From the IMG/VR virus record IMGVR_UViG_3300001200_000009: a stretch of 21,307 bases of DNA; one strand, 5' to 3'. The notes under the pieces are model-generated. The model was not told the origin of the DNA, searched no databases, and worked only from the letters and a program-made list of their open reading frames with translations. This stretch comes from a virus. Positions 15,449 to 21,307 of the stretch are shown piece by piece; the stretch's first letter is position 1; each line of letters begins with the position of its first letter. The position numbers and the translations under genes were made by a program.

Positions 15449-18082
15449 TTATTGGTCCTTAACCATGAAGGCCGAAACATCTAGTCCACTTGTAGTAATG
15501 GCACCAGAAATAATGGCTGATTTATAGAATGTTGGATTAGTTCCACGACGTGCTTTACCAATAACGGGTTGGTCACCAGCATAAGCATACGAATTCACTA
15601 GAATCTGTCCAGAAGAATTTGTGAGACCGTTGATAATTACCGAACCTTCTGTAAGCGGACCTCCTGGTCCAGCTAGGACGTATACTCTAGCGTTTTGAAT
15701 AGGGGCCAAGGTCGCGGCGTCTAAGACTGTTACGGCTAGGTCAACCTCTGCTTGGTCCAATGGATATAAATTTGCGTATTGGTCTGCGATTGTTGTCGTC
15801 GTATGAATAGTTATCGCTTGTCCATTTACCGTAGTGGCATTGCCGGTAAATCGTAGCTTAAGACGAATTCCATCTACCATACCTGAAATAGACGTTAGAT
15901 TAGATGGTGTTCTTAAGTCAAGCCATGTACCATTATAGCCGGTTCCAGTATCGTATTGAAAATCAATATCTACTTGAGACCAGTTATTGACTCCTTCGGC
16001 GGTTTGAATAGCGTTACGAGTAGTGGTTACGTTTCCAGAAAATGCAATATGACCTAAAGCGACGTAACCCATGTCAACCTCCCATTGGTCACCAGACACG
16101 CTATCAACATCACCATCCTTGGTAAACTTAGGATTTCCAGAAAGAATGGTTAAAGGATATTCATCAGTTCCTGGAGCAGCTCTGTAGTAAATATAGCCTT
16201 TTGTATTAGATTCAAAGGCGTCTCCCATCATAGCGCCAGCAGTACCAGGATAATCTGTCTCTAAGCCAGAACCGGAGCCAAGCTTTCCAGAGCCTCCGTG
16301 GAATCCTCTGAAGAGAGTGTTAATTCCATCGGGGTCAATCTCTCCGTTATATTCTCCGGAGCAATTTTGAATTAGCACGTTCTTTGACGTACCGGAAGCG
16401 ATTAAGGCAAATTCATTCGGAGTACCTCTATCAGTCCAGCATCGTGACAGGGTAATATCAGAACATAGACCACCAATGGAGACAAATTCCTCTCCTTGGG
16501 TTCCTCCTAGGGCTTCGTTATCAAATTTGCGGTCGATGAAATGGAATCCGCGCACCGCGATATTATTACTATCCACGATTGCAATCTTACTGTCATCAGG
16601 GCAAGAGTTATTTAGAATCTCCCAGCCAGTAAATTTTATGTTAGAGCAAGAAGCTGACATGTAGATTTGGTCAGAGCCAGCAACTGACCCATCCATATTT
16701 CGCTGAGTTTTTAGGAGCTTAATAGTAGCATTGTTTGACGTGGTGAAAACGAATGGAGCGCCTATCATGACAAAATCGTATACGGTAAAATCATTCACAC
16801 GAACAAATTCAGCCTCAGTGGCGACAGAGACACCAAGTTGAATACACCGTTCGATATTTACACCAATAGAAGTCTGTCCACCGAACTGAGAAGTTTCAGC
16901 AGAGTCATTTGTTGCCACGCCTAGACAATCTCTAATATCTGCGCCTGATACGAGGTCAACAATTGGTGGAACTGATCGACCTGCTGATAGTGTGTCGCCA
17001 TCGATATCACCAACAAAAATACAATGGTCATATGATGTTCGACCGATAGCTGCGTAAACACCAAAGCCTGTATTCGCTGCGCAATAGGATGCCTGAAATT
17101 GACCACCAAGAGAATCTTCAAAATATGCAGAGCCAAAAGAAGCTCCATCAAGATAGCAATCGCCTCCGTTAACGGTTTCTAATTCGTATCTAGAAGTTCC
17201 TGTACCCCAAATAGAAGCATCTGCCGCGAAGGTCGTTGTGGTACCTGTTGCGAAATGTACCATTGGCACTCTGATTTTGGCACCGTTAGGAGGAATAAAT
17301 CCATTAGTGCCGTCTCCGAATGTAAGAGTGTTTGATTGATATGCTTGAGCAAAAACGAATCCACCCATTCCAGCGCCGCATAGGGACATTCCATTGATAT
17401 TGTTTTGATGCGCATTACCAAATTCTTGATAGACACCTGATTCTAGAACATCAGCTCCATTACAGTTTCCTGTCCATGAAATTTGATAGTCTGGTCCGAA
17501 ATGGTCTTGAATAGTATGGAGTTCGATTTGGTCATTATTGCTTAGAGACCCTGTAAGAAATCTAACGACAAAATATCCGCTTGAAGCTGTACCAGAGACT
17601 TCAGTGATTCTTCCATGAATTGATTGGTCATTGACCGCGAAAACCCAGTCACCCACAACTGGAGCTACTCCACTTCCGCCATCATAATTGATTCGTCTTC
17701 CAGTCTCTACCCAAACACCGCTAAATACATCAGCATCGATTCCAGCGGAATCGAAATATGTTGAAACGTTAAAGGTCTGATTGGCGTTGCCATTAGACGT
17801 AGTTGGAAATTCCCACCATCCTAAAGAAGACCGCAAGACGCCAGCGCCGTTAACGTTGACCTCTTCATTTAATTCTCCGACAAACACAATAGGATTCGTT
17901 GCGTTAGCACCGTCCAATAGTAGTTCGCCATCATTAATAGAGATTTGACCAACTAACACCGTTGGGCTTTCAGTTACGGTTACGGTTGCACCCGCATTAA
18001 TGGTAAGATTTTGACCGTTGCCTAATCCGTCAGATATTACTTGCGTAAGGGTCTTATTTACTGTTACAGTTTGGTTTGCCAT
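15449..18082 (-). CDS. Large putative virion fibre/spike protein, 877 aa, with a beta-helix-like core
   Basis: G/T/N/S-rich. Short beta-helix-like repeats (SNNATIK, CSNIKF, SNNIAVR, CSDITLSRC, SKNVLIQNC). C-terminal Ig/carboxypeptidase-regulatory-like VTVLDA....PIQNARV....GLTNSSG. Late-promoter context. Confidence 0.6.
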   Translation of the reverse strand: MANQTVTVNKTLTQVISDGLGNGQNLTINAGATVTVTESPTVLVGQISINDGELLLDGANATNPIVFVGELNEEVNVNGAGVLRSSLGWWEFPTTSNGNANQTFNVSTYFDSAGIDADVFSGVWVETGRRINYDGGSGVAPVVGDWVFAVNDQSIHGRITEVSGTASSGYFVVRFLTGSLSNNDQIELHTIQDHFGPDYQISWTGNCNGADVLESGVYQEFGNAHQNNINGMSLCGAGMGGFVFAQAYQSNTLTFGDGTNGFIPPNGAKIRVPMVHFATGTTTTFAADASIWGTGTSRYELETVNGGDCYLDGASFGSAYFEDSLGGQFQASYCAANTGFGVYAAIGRTSYDHCIFVGDIDGDTLSAGRSVPPIVDLVSGADIRDCLGVATNDSAETSQFGGQTSIGVNIERCIQLGVSVATEAEFVRVNDFTVYDFVMIGAPFVFTTSNNATIKLLKTQRNMDGSVAGSDQIYMSASCSNIKFTGWEILNNSCPDDSKIAIVDSNNIAVRGFHFIDRKFDNEALGGTQGEEFVSIGGLCSDITLSRCWTDRGTPNEFALIASGTSKNVLIQNCSGEYNGEIDPDGINTLFRGFHGGSGKLGSGSGLETDYPGTAGAMMGDAFESNTKGYIYYRAAPGTDEYPLTILSGNPKFTKDGDVDSVSGDQWEVDMGYVALGHIAFSGNVTTTRNAIQTAEGVNNWSQVDIDFQYDTGTGYNGTWLDLRTPSNLTSISGMVDGIRLKLRFTGNATTVNGQAITIHTTTTIADQYANLYPLDQAEVDLAVTVLDAATLAPIQNARVYVLAGPGGPLTEGSVIINGLTNSSGQILVNSYAYAGDQPVIGKARRGTNPTFYKSAIISGAITTSGLDVSAFMVKDQ

Positions 18083-18331
18083 CTACTTTTCTTTATGATG
18101 GTGACAATATGGGCGAACACATGTTCTTATGAAATCTACTTCTCGTTCTCTATTGCCAGATTCGTTTAAGACATATCTCTCTATTTTTCTAATCTCGTAT
18201 TTATGAGCGGTCGCTTTTTCTTTTAGGTAATTGGTGTTACACTCTGGGCAAGCATCGCATATAGCTGGAGTAGGGTCTCCGTCCCACATGCTTTCTCCGC
18301 ATTGACAAGTGTATCTAATTAGTTTTGACAT
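18083..18331 (-). CDS. Small Cys-rich putative zinc-binding protein, 82 aa
   Basis: CQC...CDACPEC...CVRPYCHHH. GAGGG SD and a late promoter lie upstream; its stop abuts the 877-aa start. Confidence 0.65.
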   Translation of the reverse strand: MSKLIRYTCQCGESMWDGDPTPAICDACPECNTNYLKEKATAHKYEIRKIERYVLNESGNREREVDFIRTCVRPYCHHHKEK

Positions 18332-18346
18332 TTGTAACCCTCAAGG

Positions 18347-18354
18347 TATTTATA
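18347..18354 (-). promoter_or_regulatory. Late promoter TATAAATA
   Basis: Plus strand tatttata at 18347-18354, directly after the terminator U-tract and 15 nt before the ATG at 18331. Confidence 0.8.
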
Positions 18355-18355
18355 C

Positions 18356-18380
18356 AAAAAAAGGGCCATGAAGGCCCTCT
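18356..18380 (-). terminator. Rho-independent terminator after the 549-aa gene
   Basis: Minus strand GGGCC-TTCAT-GGCCC followed by T7, about 20 nt after the stop at 18402. Confidence 0.88.
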
Positions 18381-18401
18381 CTTAGAATTATTTGGGGTTG
18401 A

Positions 18402-20051
18402 CTACGCGTCAGCTGTACGGATAACCGTTGATGACCCACCAGCCGAACCAAGAGTACCAGTAGTCTCGAAGGTTTTAATCGGTGTAGCACCACCATCTCG
18501 AACACGAATAAACAGAGGACGGTTAGAAGCGTAAACTGTTGTAAACTGTGCCGAAGCTGCTGTAGCAAGAGTATCGATATATGAGATGAATGTGTTAGCA
18601 GCATCTGCAACATCGCTTGGTAGAGTGCCGGTAAGCGTGAAGGTAGAACCTGTATAGCTTGAATATTCGACACGGTCGAATGTGTTTCCATTAAAGATAC
18701 GAATAGTACCAGAGGCAGGAGTATCGGAAGGAATAACTTCGTTAACGACATAGGTTCCTGCACCAGTAGTTTGGGCTCCATCAGCTGTAAGCTGAGAAAT
18801 ATCCAAATTACCACCAGAACCAGGTCCAACAAGAACACGGTCTTCGCCTGATACAAGTCCAGCAACGGTAAAGATAACGTTGTTTGGAGGTACTTGAAGA
18901 GTGTTTGTAAGGTCGAACAACTGGTCAGAAGCTGTAAGATCGTTTGGATTGATACCGATACCGGTAGCGCCAATGATTGAAGAACCAGTAGAGTTACCGA
19001 TAAATTCAGGTGAGATTGTACGAGATACAGGAGCGCCATTCACGTCAGCTGTAGCACCAGAAGTACCACCAGTAATTGATGAATTGTCCGAAGGAGCAAC
19101 ACCAGTTAGAAGTTGAATGTAAAGCGTTCCATTTGCTCCATCGTCGGAAAGACCAAGTAGAAGAGCAGTAGCGCCGTTTCCGAATGTAAGAATTTCATCT
19201 TCAACAAACGGTCCATTAGCTTCGCCGTCATATGCGATTTCGTTAGTGATTCCGCGGAATAGTTCAGCGTTAATACCATGAATAGTTTCAGCTGTACCAC
19301 GACGTCCAACCCATTTAGTGTATTCATATAGGTCGTTAATTGAAGACCCACCAAGGCTCCATTGAGCGTAGTAATCTTCGGTAGTACCGTTACCGTTAAT
19401 GTCGATTTGCTGGAATCCTTCGACATTAGTAATAGGTAGAGCAGAAATTGTAGCTTCAGCTGTCTGGTTGTTCAGGTCAACTGAAGTAAAAATCGCAGCT
19501 GTTGAGTTACCTAGACCAGCCGATAGAGAGAATTCAGCATAACGAGCGCCAAGTTCTCGTGATTGAACACGAAGGCGTTTACCGTCAATATCAGCTCCGG
19601 CATCACGTGTCTTAACGATGATACGAAGTAGAATATTAGCAGCTGGGTCAGCGTTAAGACCAGAAGCCCAGTAGTTTGTAATCAGTGTGTTGTTCTGTAC
19701 GATTTGTAGATTAGTACCAGCCGTAACCGAGCCCACCACAACTAGACCAGAATAAACTGTGTCGCCATTGCTTTGCGAGATAGAACCATCGTATAGATGT
19801 TCTGCAAGTGTGTCATCGATATTGTACGGAGGAAGAATCGAGATAATGTTGTCGGTCGAACGGTCTGATGGAGTATCATCTGTGATATCCAGAAGGTCGT
19901 CGCCATTCGCTACCGCGTCATCAGCTCGGTCTTGTAAGAATCTATGGAGTTCTAGTACCGTGTAGTATCCCGGTGAAGCTCCGCCATGGGCATCGCCGAC
20001 ATATCGAATGTCTCCGTTTGCCGCAATGGATAGGTCTGTTTCAATTGCCAT
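18402..20051 (-). CDS. Putative abundant virion structural protein, 549 aa
   Basis: Acidic, G/A/T/D-rich, Cys-free and nearly Lys-free. ITGGTSGATA motif typical of T4-like structural modules. Visible GCT/ACT/GGT/TCT codon bias. Followed by its own terminator. Confidence 0.65.
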   Translation of the reverse strand: MAIETDLSIAANGDIRYVGDAHGGASPGYYTVLELHRFLQDRADDAVANGDDLLDITDDTPSDRSTDNIISILPPYNIDDTLAEHLYDGSISQSNGDTVYSGLVVVGSVTAGTNLQIVQNNTLITNYWASGLNADPAANILLRIIVKTRDAGADIDGKRLRVQSRELGARYAEFSLSAGLGNSTAAIFTSVDLNNQTAEATISALPITNVEGFQQIDINGNGTTEDYYAQWSLGGSSINDLYEYTKWVGRRGTAETIHGINAELFRGITNEIAYDGEANGPFVEDEILTFGNGATALLLGLSDDGANGTLYIQLLTGVAPSDNSSITGGTSGATADVNGAPVSRTISPEFIGNSTGSSIIGATGIGINPNDLTASDQLFDLTNTLQVPPNNVIFTVAGLVSGEDRVLVGPGSGGNLDISQLTADGAQTTGAGTYVVNEVIPSDTPASGTIRIFNGNTFDRVEYSSYTGSTFTLTGTLPSDVADAANTFISYIDTLATAASAQFTTVYASNRPLFIRVRDGGATPIKTFETTGTLGSAGGSSTVIRTADA

Positions 20052-20060
20052 TGTTGGTCC

Positions 20061-20375
20061 TTATTGGTAAGTATAGCCTACTATGTTTTCGTTTTCATCG
20101 TAAGAAAAAATCTTAGAAACCGGGTCGGCTATACTATATCCACTAAGCGTTAGAGATTCTAAAAGCTCGGTAGGACCGTAGGTGAGGACCTTGGTGATTT
20201 TCTCTTCTCCCTTCGTGTACTCAATTTTGACGATTAGGTCGTTTTCATAAGTGAACGAAGAGGGCCATGATTTAATATTACGGGATAGACGCTCAAAGAG
20301 CCTATCGCGAGAGTTGAACTGCTGAGCTGCTCGACGACCATAGTCTTCAAGATGTTGTCTTAGTTCGTCGCTCAT
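20061..20375 (-). CDS. Hypothetical protein, 104 aa, with YD-like beta-hairpin repeats
   Basis: FTYENDLIVKIEY / KVLTYGPTELLESLTL / KIFSYDENENIVGYTY repeats. Confidence 0.65.
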   Translation of the reverse strand: MSDELRQHLEDYGRRAAQQFNSRDRLFERLSRNIKSWPSSFTYENDLIVKIEYTKGEEKITKVLTYGPTELLESLTLSGYSIADPVSKIFSYDENENIVGYTYQ

Positions 20376-20391
20376 TTCCGCTTTCTACTGT

Positions 20392-20399
20392 TATTTATT
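20392..20399 (-). promoter_or_regulatory. Probable variant late promoter AATAAATA heading the cassette
   Basis: One mismatch to TATAAATA, 16 nt upstream of the ATG at 20375. Confidence 0.55.
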
Positions 20400-20456
20400 C
20401 GAATTCAACTGTAAGAATAGGCCCCTCTAACATTACCAAACGGTAATGATTTAAAC

Positions 20457-20486
20457 GTTTACACACATACTTCCGTATTGTATAAT
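20457..20486 (+). promoter_or_regulatory. Early-type promoter on the plus strand (antisense to the flanking genes)
   Basis: GTTTACA (20457-20463), 17 nt, TATAAT (20481-20486). Same architecture as the five minus-strand early promoters. Confidence 0.75.
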
Positions 20487-20580
20487 GGTCATAATGATGA
20501 TCTTCGTTAAGTATTCTGTTCAATATAAAACGAATGAGGCTAAGCTTGCCTTAGCCGAATATCGAGCTTCAGCTCGAAGT

Positions 20581-20679
20581 TTAATCAGCATATAGCTCTT
20601 GAGTATAATTAAAGCAAAGCTTTTCAAATGGTTCTTCATCAGAACGATTAAGTCCAAGAGCGTTTAGAAATTCAGTCAT
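20581..20679 (-). CDS. Possible small ORF, 32 aa
   Basis: MTEFLNALGLNRSDEEPFEKLCFNYTQELYAD*, starting 2 nt after the upstream stop. Confidence 0.3.
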   Translation of the reverse strand: MTEFLNALGLNRSDEEPFEKLCFNYTQELYAD

Positions 20680-20681
20680 TG

Positions 20682-21056
20682 TTAGCATAGTTCTAAACCA
20701 GAGTTAGGTAAAGAATCGGGAGATGCCAATTCTTCTGTACTCGGATTTTCTTCTTGAGGGGGATAAGCGTACTGTAACCATTTCTCGACCACTTCCGGTC
20801 TTGGGGTTGATTCGCTTGCGATACTATGATTTCTTAGAAAAACTGGCTCTTCGACTACTCCAACTCCATATGGGAACATTCCCTGAATTGGATTCTTACG
20901 GATTTGACCGTCAGGAAAAAAGTAATTTGTTACTATCTTCGCTGCTAATTCGATGTGCGCGCCCCTCAGAGTCTTGGACTGGAGGAAGCCTATAACCTCT
21001 GCTCCAGATACAAGTTGGAAAACCCGTACTCTTTTTAGCTGTTTTTCATCAATCAT
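20682..21056 (-). CDS. Conserved-type hypothetical protein downstream of uvsW (xLVSGxExI family, possibly Sm-like fold)
   Basis: N-terminal VFQLVSGAEVIG and position between uvsW and gene 55, as in marine T4-like phages. Confidence 0.65.
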   Translation of the reverse strand: MIDEKQLKRVRVFQLVSGAEVIGFLQSKTLRGAHIELAAKIVTNYFFPDGQIRKNPIQGMFPYGVGVVEEPVFLRNHSIASESTPRPEVVEKWLQYAYPPQEENPSTEELASPDSLPNSGLELC

Positions 21057-21061
21057 AAATT

Positions 21062-21069
21062 TATTTATA
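21062..21069 (-). promoter_or_regulatory. Late promoter TATAAATA
   Basis: Plus strand tatttata at 21062-21069, 5 nt upstream of the ATG at 21056. Confidence 0.8.
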
Positions 21070-21115
21070 TTGGGTTAACTGAACGAATTTACCCATACCT
21101 TTTTGTTATCTAGTG

Positions 21116-21307
21116 TTAACTAAACTTGATGTTGTAAGTCTTGTAATCGAATTTCTCTTTTGCATATATCTTCATTCGTTCGATGCCATGATTCAACGCG
21201 AAATTCTTCCGCGATTTCCAGCTTAAGTCATCGACAATATCGAAAAGCTTCGTGGCTGCTTGATTCTTAGACAATCTTAGACCACGTCCAATAGTCTGCA
21301 GAACTGT
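21116..21307 (-). CDS. uvsW: UvsW helicase, C-terminal 63 aa (truncated by the window edge)
   Basis: Translated by hand: TVLQTIGRGLRLSKNQAATKLFDIVDDLSWKSRKNFALNHGIERMKIYAKEKFDYKTYNIKFS*. SF2 motif VI QxIGRxLR plus the UvsW-type H..ER...Y..EKF tail. Confidence 0.93.
   Translation of the reverse strand, partial: TVLQTIGRGLRLSKNQAATKLFDIVDDLSWKSRKNFALNHGIERMKIYAKEKFDYKTYNIKFS

Noticed and set aside
18350-19426. Alternative-frame ORFs of 229 aa and 106 aa inside the 549-aa gene
   Set aside because: The Leu/Val-rich translations are the expected shadow of strong NNT codon bias. No motifs or initiation signals.
1-21307. tRNA, rRNA, CRISPR array, retroelement or alternative genetic code
   Set aside because: No cloverleaf, regular repeat-spacer array or reverse transcriptase motif seen. 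Core genes are full length under the standard code, with TAA and TAG both used as stops.

Overview
Core replication/recombination region of a T4-like myophage with the marine/alphaproteobacterial T4-like gene order. Almost all genes are on the minus strand: uvsW (3' end) - small conserved ORF - [about 5.6 kb late-promoter cassette of putative virion genes] - gp55 - gp47 - two small ORFs - gp46 - metallopeptidase/VWA (CobT-like) - MoxR AAA+ (CobS-like) - gp45 - GapR-like - gp44 - gp62 - regA - PPP phosphatase - gp43. Two paralogous free-standing GIY-YIG endonucleases are inserted antisense. The GapR/DUF2312 gene suggests an alphaproteobacterial host (inference). Main signals: (1) the CobS-like ATPase carries a ligase/RFC1-type BRCT domain and an SSB-like DLPF tail, next to a peptidase-VWA partner and the sliding clamp; (2) early and late promoters repeatedly sit 5-7 nt from an ATG, implying leaderless mRNAs; (3) an R67/DfrB-like SH3 domain lies between gp47 and gp46; (4) an orphan antisense early promoter with hairpins lies near uvsW; (5) an uncharacterised late structural cassette is inserted. 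All family calls are from motif recognition by eye; no searches were run.
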